DNA from: a virus
Taxonomy: Duplodnaviria; Caudoviricetes
DNA: 24,189 nucleotides
IMG/VR virus record: IMGVR_UViG_3300037585_004435
Span: 1-24,189 of that record
Direction: 5' to 3' (one strand)
Below, piece by piece: positions 1-9,085 of this stretch. The first letter of the stretch is position 1. Every line of letters starts with the position of its first letter. The notes beneath the pieces were generated by a model. It had not been told where the DNA came from. It searched no databases and was given only the letters and a program-made list of their open reading frames with translations. The translations under genes and the position numbers were made by a program.

Positions 1-1
1 A

Positions 2-58
2 GGCGAAAGCGTTCCTGACAAAGCAGAAAGAAAACAAATCCTTGAGGATTATAAATAA
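2..58 (+). CDS. 3' end of an upstream gene (partial, ...GESVPDKAERKQILEDYK*)
   Basis: Open frame from the window edge to TAA at 56-58; function cannot be determined. Confidence 0.4.
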   Translation, partial: GESVPDKAERKQILEDYK

Positions 59-145
59 AGAACTTAAATTTGACTTAATGGAAATATAAAAAAGTGCATT
101 CGTGCTCTACTCAAAGAGCTTTAAGCACACCGAAAGGAGTAAACT

Positions 146-451
146 ATGGGAGATATTAGGCGTTTTACAGTACAAACTTCACAAAATGTAGCACTTGGAC
201 AAGGTGGTACATCCTTCGTTAAATCAGGCGGAACAGCCATAACTACACAGAATATCGTTGCTATTACAATTATTGAAGATGCTACATTTAGCACACTAAA
301 CAGTGCTAGCACTTTTGCAGGTGTTGACTCTGCTGGCGTTGAGGGCAGTGCTATTGATAACACTCTTACTTTTCCTGCTGGTGTAACTATTTACGGTGGA
401 TGGACAGATGTAACTGTTAGTGGTGGTTCAGTTATCTGTTATCACGGATAA
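146..451 (+). CDS. Small virion structural protein (beta-rich, hypothetical)
   Basis: AAGGAG RBS upstream; G/S/T/V-rich 101 aa; directly precedes tail-fibre-like genes. Confidence 0.6.
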   Translation: MGDIRRFTVQTSQNVALGQGGTSFVKSGGTAITTQNIVAITIIEDATFSTLNSASTFAGVDSAGVEGSAIDNTLTFPAGVTIYGGWTDVTVSGGSVICYHG

Positions 452-454
452 CTT

Positions 455-2410
455 ATGCTAGGATTAGGTAGCATTGTAGGCAAAGCAAGCGGAGCTCTTT
501 CCTCTTTCATTAAAGATGGGCTTAAACTTTACATGCCTTACAGCTCTTCTAAAGAAGTTAAGTTTGTAGGGAAAGGTAGTACATTATTTGATGGCTCTAA
601 TGACTATATAGATTGTGGAAATCCAAGTAGCATGCTTGATGACTCCGTAGGCTCTATTTGTTTGTGGGTTAAATCTACTGCTACAGGGAGTATTGATATA
701 ATATTTTCAGGCAGTAATGATGGAGATGCATCAAGTGATTTAACTATTGCAAAAAATGCTTCTGAAAAACTATGGATTTTTGTAAGAGATGATGACAGTT
801 ATAGTCTTCAGTTTACAAGCACGGATTCTCTTGAACAAAATAGGTGGTATCACATTGCTTTTGTTGTAAGCTCTTCAGGTAATGCAATATATATAGATGG
901 AAAAGTTGCAGGGGGAAGTTATGGCACAGGAAGTGCTTCTACTCAAAAATGGTTTAGTGATGTTGGGGGAGCTGATACGCTATTAATAGGCTCAAGAGAA
1001 GATAGCAGTGGTGTAGAAAATTATTATTGGGAAGGTAGTCTTAAAAATATAGGTGTGTGGGGTAGAGCTTTATCTGCTACAGAAGTGCATAATATAATGT
1101 ATAAAACTTGGTATGAATTATCAGGGACTTTAAAGCAAGGGATTATATCTTGGTGGGCTTTAGATGATATAGATTCGTATAGTGTAACCTCTTTATCGGC
1201 GACACAAGCAGTTCATATTCTTGATTTGGCTGGAGATAATACAGTGATTTCTGGATGGGCTAGCACTGGTGCTACATTTCAAACAGGGCTTTACGGTGGA
1301 TTAACCCCACTTATCCCAAGAGGTGTAGATAATGCACCAATAGTACAGGCAGATGCTATAGGTACAGGGTATGCTACATTTAATGGTAGTAGTGATTATA
1401 TAAATGTAGGTGCAGGTATTCAATCTACTTTTAATAATTCTTTTACATTAATGGCTTGGATTAAGTCTGATGTAGGTGACCCAAGTACTACAGCTGATAC
1501 TATTATGGGAACTATTAATTCAACAGCTGAAGATAGTATTTATCTTAGATTAGATACATCTCAAAAAATAGAATTAGTGTATTTTGGAAATAATGATTCT
1601 GTTTCATCTAAGACAAGTGCGATTGTTTTTGCTGCTGGAGAGACAGAATGGACACATGTAGTAGTTACAGTCACTAACCCTAATACTGGTTCATCTACTA
1701 TAGGAAATGCCCAGATATTATTTTATATTGATGGAGTTTTAACAGCATCTGATGAAGGTGGAGGTGGAGCTGCTGATATATCAGAAGCAAATTTTGAAGC
1801 CTATTCATCATCTGATGACTTTGTAATTGGAGCAAGAAACGACCAAGATGGTGGGGCTGTAGATGATTTTTGGGATGGTAAGATGAAAAATGTAGGTGTA
1901 TGGTCATCTGCTTTAACAAAAGTACAGATACAATCTATAATGGAAAAGACTTATTCAGAACTTACATCAAGTGAAAAGACTAATCTTGTAAGCTGGTGGG
2001 GATTGGATAGCACAGAAGGTACAAATGCATTATTTGTAAAAGATGAGCATGATATTACTGTAGGGAGCAATATACTTACAGGGACTTGGAGTGCTTCAGG
2101 TAATTGGTCTGAGAGTGAAGGTACTATATCTACGACAAGTGAAACGAACACAATGATGCAAACAAGCTTGCTAACAGATGCGAGAATTTATAAAGTTAGC
2201 TATACTGCAAATGTTACATCAGGGAGTTTTAAAGTTTATGTAGGGTCAGGAGCGACAGGAGCTACTATTACTTCAAGTGGAGATTATGTAGAATATATGA
2301 AATGCTCAGGTTCTACTCATTTTTACTTTGATGGTGTTAGTTCTTTTACAGGAAGTATTTCAGATATGTCTGTTCAGTTAGTTAATGGTAACTATGGAGA
2401 ATTGAAATAA
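455..2410 (+). CDS. Tail fibre / receptor-binding protein with LamG (concanavalin A-like) domains
   Basis: Two LamG-type repeats (FDGSNDYI...W-x-K...WYHIAFV...IYIDG...IG...W-x-G-x-L/M-KN-x-GVW-x-x-ALS/T) plus a C-terminal beta-sandwich. Confidence 0.8.
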   Translation: MLGLGSIVGKASGALSSFIKDGLKLYMPYSSSKEVKFVGKGSTLFDGSNDYIDCGNPSSMLDDSVGSICLWVKSTATGSIDIIFSGSNDGDASSDLTIAKNASEKLWIFVRDDDSYSLQFTSTDSLEQNRWYHIAFVVSSSGNAIYIDGKVAGGSYGTGSASTQKWFSDVGGADTLLIGSREDSSGVENYYWEGSLKNIGVWGRALSATEVHNIMYKTWYELSGTLKQGIISWWALDDIDSYSVTSLSATQAVHILDLAGDNTVISGWASTGATFQTGLYGGLTPLIPRGVDNAPIVQADAIGTGYATFNGSSDYINVGAGIQSTFNNSFTLMAWIKSDVGDPSTTADTIMGTINSTAEDSIYLRLDTSQKIELVYFGNNDSVSSKTSAIVFAAGETEWTHVVVTVTNPNTGSSTIGNAQILFYIDGVLTASDEGGGGAADISEANFEAYSSSDDFVIGARNDQDGGAVDDFWDGKMKNVGVWSSALTKVQIQSIMEKTYSELTSSEKTNLVSWWGLDSTEGTNALFVKDEHDITVGSNILTGTWSASGNWSESEGTISTTSETNTMMQTSLLTDARIYKVSYTANVTSGSFKVYVGSGATGATITSSGDYVEYMKCSGSTHFYFDGVSSFTGSISDMSVQLVNGNYGELK

Positions 2411-5370
2411 TGGCTACTACAATAACAACATTAACAGAAAATTTTGCTGCTTCTCTACCTCAGAAGAAAGGTGACCCACCAAACTTTGGTACAGTTAAGT
2501 CAGGTAGAGCATTAGCCTTTGATGGGGCAGTAGATTATCTTAATACAGGGTATGTAGCAAAGACTGAAGGAATAACAAATACTATAACAGTTGCTTGTTG
2601 GATAAAAACTACTGATGTAACTGCTGATTATCAATGGATATGGAATTTTTATGAAGATAATAGTAAGGGATGGGGACTAAACATAAGTGATGAAAATGGT
2701 TTATTAAAAATCTTGGAAGATATAGGTGGAGATGATAATGAACTTTATGATGCTACTATTGTTAATGATACTTGGTATAGAGTAGTAGTTGTAATGGATG
2801 ATTTAGTACAAAAATTATATGTAAATGGTTCTTTATCAGGTAGTGGAACTACTTCTGCTCCTGATGGACTTGATTCATTTACTTCAACTTTATCTATAGG
2901 TTCAAGAACAGGAACAACATCTCCTTGGGCTGGAAGTATGTCAGACTTTCAAATATGGAATACTGCTTGGAGTTTAGCAGATGTAACAAATGATTATAGA
3001 CATCCAGAGATGTTAGCACATACTTTCAGTGGTACATCTTTAACAGAATCTAATCTAAAACTTTGGTATCCAATGACTGAAGGTAATCCTGAAAGTCCTC
3101 AGACAACTATATTTGATGGTAGTCCTAAAGTGTTAGGTAGTGAACTTACAACTAATGGAGACTTTGAGACAGGAGATTTTACAGGATGGTCAATAGCAGT
3201 AGATACATCTGAAGTTACTGACCATGATGGAGTAACAAATGTTGCTCATTTTATTGAGGATGGTCTTAATCGAGGGTGTTATCAAAGTAAACTTGTAGCA
3301 GGTAAAGTATATAAAGTAGAATTTGATTTAAAAGTTATAAGTGGTGCTGTTTATTTAGGTCATAGCACAAGTTTTGTTACTGGTTCAGCATTAAGTCCAT
3401 CAACGTGGACAAGTTTTAGTGGTTATTATACTGCTATTGACGAATATCTTAGATGTTATTCTTATGGTACTGCTTCACATGAATGGTATGTGAAAAATAT
3501 ATCATATAAAGAAGTCCAAAGAGGCAATCATGCTACATCTGTCTTTTATGGAGATGAGTTAATAACATCTGATTATGCTGATAATGGAACATTTACTAAT
3601 GATAATGGTAATTGGGCTGTTTTAGACCCTGAGAGTACAAGTGGTGTGTCTATATCATCTTGGAGTGGTACAGCTGGTAATGGTTTGAATGGTGGTTTAA
3701 CTGTAAATACATCTGATACTTCTACAGAAATTCAAGGTGTACAATTAGGTACAGGTTATTTAGATACTATAGTAGCAGGTAAAACTTATAGAGTTTCTAT
3801 TGATATGAAATCATCTCATGCTACTGCTACTGATGATTATGTAATTGGTCTGGGTGGAGCAGTATCATCAGCATTTAATATAACAACAAGTTATGTTTCT
3901 TATACTAAAGATATAGTTGCAGCTTCTGATGCAGCATTACTTGTATATAATACTAATAATGCCTCTGGAAGAATGTGGTATATAGATAATGTATCAGTTA
4001 AGGAAATAGGTCTATCTGACCAAAGTACTGCAATGGGACAGGAGACTATCTTTCAACCTGTTTTTGTAGGACAGAGTAGAAAGAAGGTGTTTGGAGATAC
4101 TGCTACTTATGCTGAGATTACAACTGATATAACTGATATAAATGATGGAAAAAGTATTTCTTTGTGGTTTAACCCTCAAAATGAAATACCAGCATCAAGT
4201 GCTTCTTATTATGGTGTTCTTATAGGTTCTAATAACACCAATAGTAATATTCATATCAATAGTGCTACTCAGATTCAAATGAGAGATGATACAAGTGGTG
4301 TTGAATTTACTTGGGATGTACCTACAATGTCTGTTGGTGAATGGTATCATATTGCAGTAGTTTTTGATGATGATAGATATTATACACTTTATCTTAATGG
4401 TTCTTTTATATCTAAGGAAGATAATGATGCATTTTCAGGTTTAAATGTAGATAGAATAGGTGGTAGTTCAGGTGGTGCAGAATTTCAATTTGATGGTATT
4501 ATAGATGAAATAAGTTATTGGACTAAAGAACTTACACAATCAGATGTTACAGAAATGTATAATGATGGAGTTCCTTTAGATTTGCTTACTCATTCTTCTA
4601 CTTCAGATTTAGTACATTATTGGAGAAATAATAATCTTCATACAGATGGTAAATGGAAAGATTTAAAAGGTAGCAATAATATAACCTTTTGGAAAACCAA
4701 TGACTATGAAGCTATCTTCCCTGAAGGTACAACAACTGATAGAGATATTAATGGGTTCTTCTTAACTCATCCTAATAAGAATTATCTGTCTTTAGATGGA
4801 AGTGCTAATATAACCATTCCTGATAGTCCTGTATTACAATTAGGTAATGGAGATTTTTCAATAGAATTTTGGTTAAAAAGACATCATAAGGAAAGCACAG
4901 TATATATAATATCTAAACAAGAAGATTCAAGTAATTATTGGAATATAAATCTTCAAAAATGGGGAGATTTAGAATTTGTATCTGCAATTAGTGGTTCAAT
5001 TAAAATACAAGCAAGATTTGATAAAGATGCTCATGATTATCAACATGTTGGAGAATGGCATCATTATATATTTACAGCAGAAAGAGAAGCATCAGTTGCT
5101 TCTACAAAATTGATATGGTATTTAGATGGGGAAGTAGCTACAGGTGGTGATGGTTCAGTATCAAGTGATAATTATGAAGTTAGAACAAATACAGTAGATT
5201 CTATAGATGTTGATTCTGATATTAGTATAGGAAGTCAGGTTGCATCTAATACAACTGGGTATCCTCCTACAGATGTAAGTTTAGATGATATTAGAGTATA
5301 TAAAAAAGTATTAACACCTGCTGAAGTTCTAAAGAATTATAGGCATGGTTCAGGAAAACATAAGGATTAG
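2410..5370 (+). CDS. Large tail fibre / receptor-binding protein with three LamG domains and CBM-like domains
   Basis: LamG signatures (FDGAVDYL, WYRVVVV..LYVNG, WYHIAVV..LYLNG, FDGIIDEI, WHHYIF..WYLDG, LDDIRVY); NGDFETG and YIDNVSVKE carbohydrate-binding-module-like segments; TAATG overlap with the previous gene. Confidence 0.8.
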   Translation: MATTITTLTENFAASLPQKKGDPPNFGTVKSGRALAFDGAVDYLNTGYVAKTEGITNTITVACWIKTTDVTADYQWIWNFYEDNSKGWGLNISDENGLLKILEDIGGDDNELYDATIVNDTWYRVVVVMDDLVQKLYVNGSLSGSGTTSAPDGLDSFTSTLSIGSRTGTTSPWAGSMSDFQIWNTAWSLADVTNDYRHPEMLAHTFSGTSLTESNLKLWYPMTEGNPESPQTTIFDGSPKVLGSELTTNGDFETGDFTGWSIAVDTSEVTDHDGVTNVAHFIEDGLNRGCYQSKLVAGKVYKVEFDLKVISGAVYLGHSTSFVTGSALSPSTWTSFSGYYTAIDEYLRCYSYGTASHEWYVKNISYKEVQRGNHATSVFYGDELITSDYADNGTFTNDNGNWAVLDPESTSGVSISSWSGTAGNGLNGGLTVNTSDTSTEIQGVQLGTGYLDTIVAGKTYRVSIDMKSSHATATDDYVIGLGGAVSSAFNITTSYVSYTKDIVAASDAALLVYNTNNASGRMWYIDNVSVKEIGLSDQSTAMGQETIFQPVFVGQSRKKVFGDTATYAEITTDITDINDGKSISLWFNPQNEIPASSASYYGVLIGSNNTNSNIHINSATQIQMRDDTSGVEFTWDVPTMSVGEWYHIAVVFDDDRYYTLYLNGSFISKEDNDAFSGLNVDRIGGSSGGAEFQFDGIIDEISYWTKELTQSDVTEMYNDGVPLDLLTHSSTSDLVHYWRNNNLHTDGKWKDLKGSNNITFWKTNDYEAIFPEGTTTDRDINGFFLTHPNKNYLSLDGSANITIPDSPVLQLGNGDFSIEFWLKRHHKESTVYIISKQEDSSNYWNINLQKWGDLEFVSAISGSIKIQARFDKDAHDYQHVGEWHHYIFTAEREASVASTKLIWYLDGEVATGGDGSVSSDNYEVRTNTVDSIDVDSDISIGSQVASNTTGYPPTDVSLDDIRVYKKVLTPAEVLKNYRHGSGKHKD

Positions 5371-5372
5371 AT

Positions 5373-5747
5373 ATGGATAATAATGCATTTTCAAAGATGT
5401 ACTTTACAGTTACAAAGGATATGCTAAATACACCCTTAGAAGGTGCGTTGCTAGACAAATACAAACAACCTATATATGATGATGAAGGTAATAAGACAGG
5501 TGATACTACTCCTACTTGGGGAGATGTTATTATGATGCTACCTCATAGATATGGTCTTCAATGGAATACTTCAGGTTCAGCAGCTGCGAAACTCTGCTTG
5601 ATTAGAGATACATGGAGTTGTAAGAACGGAGAAATGTCAGCAATGCTAGCACTGGGTGCTGGGAAACCTTATCCAAGAAGAACTGTAATGACAAACGCAG
5701 AGGCGAGGGAATTATTAAAAACAGACAAGTTTACAGCAAGCGAATAA
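5373..5747 (+). CDS. Hypothetical protein (possibly tail-fibre associated)
   Basis: 124 aa ORF starting 2 nt after the fibre stop; no recognised motif. Confidence 0.6.
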   Translation: MDNNAFSKMYFTVTKDMLNTPLEGALLDKYKQPIYDDEGNKTGDTTPTWGDVIMMLPHRYGLQWNTSGSAAAKLCLIRDTWSCKNGEMSAMLALGAGKPYPRRTVMTNAEARELLKTDKFTASE

Positions 5748-5819
5748 GAGCCCCTTATAGATGGTATTCATCTTATGGGCAAATTTTAAAATACTATCAA
5801 CCAAAGGGAGTGGTTTATA

Positions 5820-6299
5820 TTGTTAACTAAATTTGATGAGATTATAGAAAAGGTGCTAGAACACGAAGGGGGTTATGTAAATGACCCAACTGACAGAGGG
5901 GGCGAGACTCGGTACGGCATCAGTAAAAGGGCATACCCAGATGAAGATATTAAAGAACTTACAGTTGAGAGAGCTAAAGAGCTTTATAAAAAAGATTATT
6001 GGGATAGGTATAGAATTGATTCTTTTCCTGACCGTATTCGCCATATTCTCTTTGATATGTGCGTTAACATGGGTGGTCGCCGTGCTGTTAGAATTTTGCA
6101 AGAAGCTTGCAACTCTAAAAACGCCGATAAAATAGACGAGGATGGATATATCGGCAATGCTACTATCAATGCTAGCACACGAATTGAAGATTTTAGGCTT
6201 CGTGCTTTTAGAGTAATGTTTTATGCTGAGCTGGTAATGAAAAAACCAGAGCAAATGAAATTTTGGGTAGGTTGGTTTAGAAGGAGTTGTGAGGTATGA
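5820..6299 (+). CDS. Endolysin, glycoside hydrolase family 108
   Basis: HEGGYVNDPTDRGGETRYGI (EGGY catalytic motif), FDMCVNMG, DGYIG-x-x-T, C-terminal F-x-x-GW-x-x-R; TTG start with GGGAG upstream. Confidence 0.92.
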   Translation: MLTKFDEIIEKVLEHEGGYVNDPTDRGGETRYGISKRAYPDEDIKELTVERAKELYKKDYWDRYRIDSFPDRIRHILFDMCVNMGGRRAVRILQEACNSKNADKIDEDGYIGNATINASTRIEDFRLRAFRVMFYAELVMKKPEQMKFWVGWFRRSCEV

Positions 6300-6580
6300 T
6301 GAAATTTGAAAAGTCTTGGTCTATGGGCAATGCTATAACTTTATTGGTGCTAATGGGCAGTATGTTTACTCAATTTGGCATTACATCTCAAGAGGTAAAG
6401 TCTGTTAAGGAGACTGTTATTGTGCAGTCAGTAGATATTAAAGGCAATGCAGAGAAAATAGTAAAGCTTGAGAAGAAACAGCTCACTCTTGAAAGAGATG
6501 TTGAATATATTAAAAAATCTAATGAGCGTATGGAAGTCAAAATTAATAAACTTTTAGATAAGTTTGATATTATAGATTAA
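6296..6580 (+). CDS. Membrane protein with N-terminal TM and coiled coil (holin/lysis accessory-like)
   Basis: ATGA overlap with endolysin; hydrophobic N-terminal segment followed by heptad-like region. Confidence 0.55.
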   Translation: MMKFEKSWSMGNAITLLVLMGSMFTQFGITSQEVKSVKETVIVQSVDIKGNAEKIVKLEKKQLTLERDVEYIKKSNERMEVKINKLLDKFDIID

Positions 6581-6882
6581 TGGATGTTAGTGCTTTACTT
6601 ACAGAACATGGTCTTGCAGTTGTAATAATATTTGCTCTGTTTGTTGGTATTGCTTACTTTGGTAAGTGGTTTCTTAATATCTATACTCATAAGCTTACTA
6701 CTCAATTTTCTGAGCTCAATAGAGAAATTGTTGAGGTTAAGGTGGAAGTATTGGAGAGTAATAATAAGCTCTATGGTATAGTAGAGCAACTTATAAAAAA
6801 TCAAAGAGTTATAGGCGAAGATATTAATGCCTTAGAAAGCAGTTTAGACACTTTGCTAAAATATATTAAGGCAGATAAGTGA
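6580..6882 (+). CDS. Putative holin-like protein (single TM plus coiled coil)
   Basis: TAATG overlap; LAVVIIFALFVGIAYF transmembrane segment; position in the lysis module. Confidence 0.55.
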   Translation: MDVSALLTEHGLAVVIIFALFVGIAYFGKWFLNIYTHKLTTQFSELNREIVEVKVEVLESNNKLYGIVEQLIKNQRVIGEDINALESSLDTLLKYIKADK

Positions 6883-6883
6883 T

Positions 6884-7396
6884 GTGGCTGGAAAAGGTGG
6901 ACTTAATAAAGATGGTGGCATCAACTTTGAAAGAAAAAGGAATTTCGAGACTAAGAAAGAGCCTTATGGGATTAACATTGATGAACCTCAGGAAGAAGTT
7001 GAAGAGCCTAAAGAAGAAAGAAACCTTGATGCGAAAGAACTGGCGAAAGCTGAGAGACTCAATGCTAAACTTCGCAAGGCGAAGGGAATTAATGCAACAG
7101 GATTCGCACTTAATGGAAGCACCATTATTGGTGCTCTTTTCTATCTTGACAGTCTGCTTGCCAATCCTGATACTCTTGATATGCTTAATAACTTAAATGG
7201 TATGCTAGGCTCGGATATTGATTTTGAATATATAATTACTACCATACAGGGTTATAAAGCTCAGATAATAGGTTTTGCTATATCTTCTCAGACAATGGTT
7301 ATGGGATACAAAGATACAGTACAAAAGATGAAAGATAGAGGTGATGAAAGCTTCTATAATGTTTTAAATGAAGAGTTAGAAAAAGCAGGAATATAA
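6884..7396 (+). CDS. Hypothetical protein
   Basis: 170 aa, GTG start, normal amino-acid composition, stop abuts the next ATG. Confidence 0.6.
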   Translation: MAGKGGLNKDGGINFERKRNFETKKEPYGINIDEPQEEVEEPKEERNLDAKELAKAERLNAKLRKAKGINATGFALNGSTIIGALFYLDSLLANPDTLDMLNNLNGMLGSDIDFEYIITTIQGYKAQIIGFAISSQTMVMGYKDTVQKMKDRGDESFYNVLNEELEKAGI

Positions 7397-8233
7397 ATGT
7401 ATGAAACATTTGACTACCATAAAGTAGTCGATAAAATGAGGCGGTATTTCAAGGATGCAAAGAACTTTATTGAAGTACCGACACAAAGCAGGCTTAGCAT
7501 ATTAGCAGCTTGTGAAGACCCTAATACTATAGCACAGTTTAACTTTGATGGAGTTGAATATCCTCTCCCTCAAACTGGACAAATGTGGCTTGAACATGAA
7601 CTTTTAAAAAACCCCTCGGCTGAAGGGTTTTTTTGTATCTCGACAAGTTACAGGAATGAGCCTAATCCAATAGATGGAAGACACCAGAAGATATTTCCAA
7701 TGTTTGAGTTTGAGACTAAAGGAAGCATGCAAGATATGCTGGTGCTAGAGTCTGAACTTTTAGAATTTTTAGGTTTTGAAAAGCACGGTATTCATTGTAC
7801 TTACGATGCTCTCTGTGAGAGATATAGCACTGAAATCCTTGAGGCTGAGCATGAAGAATTGATGAATGAACAGATTGGTAACAAGATATTCCTCAAAGAA
7901 TTTCCAAGAAGAACTCATCCTTTTTGGAATATGAAAGAAAACACGACTAAAGGAGTATTTAATAAAGTTGATGTTATTCTTCATGGACAAGAAACTATTG
8001 GTTCAGCTGAAAGAAGTTGTGATAAAGAAGAAATGAGATATAACTTTCTAAATCAAACTGATGGAGCTTATGCTAACTTATTGTTTAGTAAGTTTACAAA
8101 AGAAAGAGTTATGAAGGAGCTTGATGAGTTTTTAGAACATGATTTTTTTCCTAGGTATGGCGGTGGTATCGGCATGACAAGGATGCTTAGAGCTATGCAG
8201 TTAGAGGGAATTATTGGCAAGGAAAACGACTAA
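7397..8233 (+). CDS. Class IIb aminoacyl-tRNA synthetase (Asn/Asp/Lys-type) catalytic core lacking the anticodon-binding domain
   Basis: Motif 1-like (RRYF...FIEVPT), L-x-Q-T-G-Q, motif 2 SYRNE...RH...FPMFEFE, ETIGSAER, motif 3 GGGIGMTRML; only 278 aa, no room for an N-terminal OB fold. Confidence 0.88.
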   Translation: MYETFDYHKVVDKMRRYFKDAKNFIEVPTQSRLSILAACEDPNTIAQFNFDGVEYPLPQTGQMWLEHELLKNPSAEGFFCISTSYRNEPNPIDGRHQKIFPMFEFETKGSMQDMLVLESELLEFLGFEKHGIHCTYDALCERYSTEILEAEHEELMNEQIGNKIFLKEFPRRTHPFWNMKENTTKGVFNKVDVILHGQETIGSAERSCDKEEMRYNFLNQTDGAYANLLFSKFTKERVMKELDEFLEHDFFPRYGGGIGMTRMLRAMQLEGIIGKEND

Positions 8234-8498
8234 AAGCAAAGCTAGCACAGTTAAAAAGGTTAATAAGTTCGACTTAGATGTGATGAATGGTGGAGACGGG
8301 TTGCCTGATTGGATGCAATTTAGTATTACTCTGCTTATTTTCGGGTGTTTTTTTTGGATAATATACTTATTATTCCATCCAGTATTACAGCTTGAAGACA
8401 ACTTTAGAGACTTGCTTAATATTATAGTAGGTACATTCTTAGCTTCCTTTGGTAAGGTTGTAGATTTTTGGTTTAAGCATAATAAGAAAAATGATTAG
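8214..8498 (+). CDS. Two-TM membrane protein, holin-like
   Basis: Two hydrophobic helices (FSITLLIFGCFFWIIYLLF; LLNIIVGTFLASFGKVVDFWF), basic termini; TTG start with GAGGG upstream. Confidence 0.6.
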   Translation: MARKTTKSKASTVKKVNKFDLDVMNGGDGLPDWMQFSITLLIFGCFFWIIYLLFHPVLQLEDNFRDLLNIIVGTFLASFGKVVDFWFKHNKKND

Positions 8499-8592
8499 TA
8501 AGGTGGTGGAATTGGCAGACACGCTACCCTGTTTAGGTAGTGAACATCTAATGGGAGAGATGTTCGTGTAGGTTCAAGTCCTACCCTTACTG
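8497..8592 (+). tRNA. Atypical type II (long variable arm) tRNA with anticodon GTT (nominally Asn)
   Basis: Acceptor AGTAAGG/CCTTACT plus discriminator G; D arm GTGGAATTGGCAGACAC; anticodon stem CTACC/GGTAG with loop CTGTTTA (GTT at 8531-8533); variable stem GAACATCT/AGATGTTC; T arm GTAGG-TTCAAGT-CCTAC; no encoded CCA. Confidence 0.88.
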
Positions 8593-8604
8593 CATGGAGA
8601 ATAT

Positions 8605-8802
8605 ATGGTATCATTAGGTTTTGAAAAAAAGATAGCAAAGATAGTTTTAGATTTAATAGATAACACTATTGGGAAGAAATTTCCAATGATAGATAAGCTT
8701 ACGGATTTATTTCAAGAGCAACAGGTTTTAGAAAAGAAGGTTAAAGACCTTGAATTAAAAATAGATGCAATAGAATCAATAATAAAGGATAGTAATGAAT
8801 AA
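8605..8802 (+). CDS. Hypothetical protein with C-terminal coiled coil
   Basis: GGAG RBS; 65 aa; overlaps next gene. Confidence 0.6.
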   Translation: MVSLGFEKKIAKIVLDLIDNTIGKKFPMIDKLTDLFQEQQVLEKKVKDLELKIDAIESIIKDSNE

Positions 8803-8992
8803 GTTAGTTGCAGTATTGAAAAAAATACTGATAGATATGTTGATGAGCGAAACTTTGAAAAAAGATATAGTGAAGTCTTTAAACAAGAAAATGAATTTCC
8901 CTATGCTCAATGAAAAGCTTGAGGCTGAGCTTATAGAGGCAGTTGTTGATGCTACTTTTGAGGGTATGTCAGAGGCTTTAGATAAAAAATAA
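8795..8992 (+). CDS. Hypothetical helical protein
   Basis: AAGGA RBS; 65 aa. Confidence 0.6.
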   Translation: MNKLVAVLKKILIDMLMSETLKKDIVKSLNKKMNFPMLNEKLEAELIEAVVDATFEGMSEALDKK

Positions 8993-9085
8993 CTATTGTA
9001 CACCATTGTAAGTTGTTTTTAAAATAGGGGGTAGGTAAAACGATATTTAGTTTTACTTTCCTTATTTAAAAGACGGAATGTAGAT

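Noticed and set aside
455-5370. Diversity-generating retroelement acting on the fibre genes
   Set aside because: No reverse transcriptase and no near-identical template/variable repeat pair seen in the window
6879-7196. 105 aa ORF overlapping 6884-7396 in another frame (its ATG at 6882 overlaps the upstream TGA), considered as an Rz/Rz1-like overlapped spanin
   Set aside because: No N-terminal lipobox; Lys/Leu/Met-rich composition matches other shifted shadow frames here (5881-6135, 12308-12499); not fully excluded
8497-8592. Interpretation as tRNA-Sec or a suppressor tRNA serving the TGA at 14878
   Set aside because: 7/5 acceptor/T geometry, Leu-like D arm and a centred GTT anticodon, not TCA
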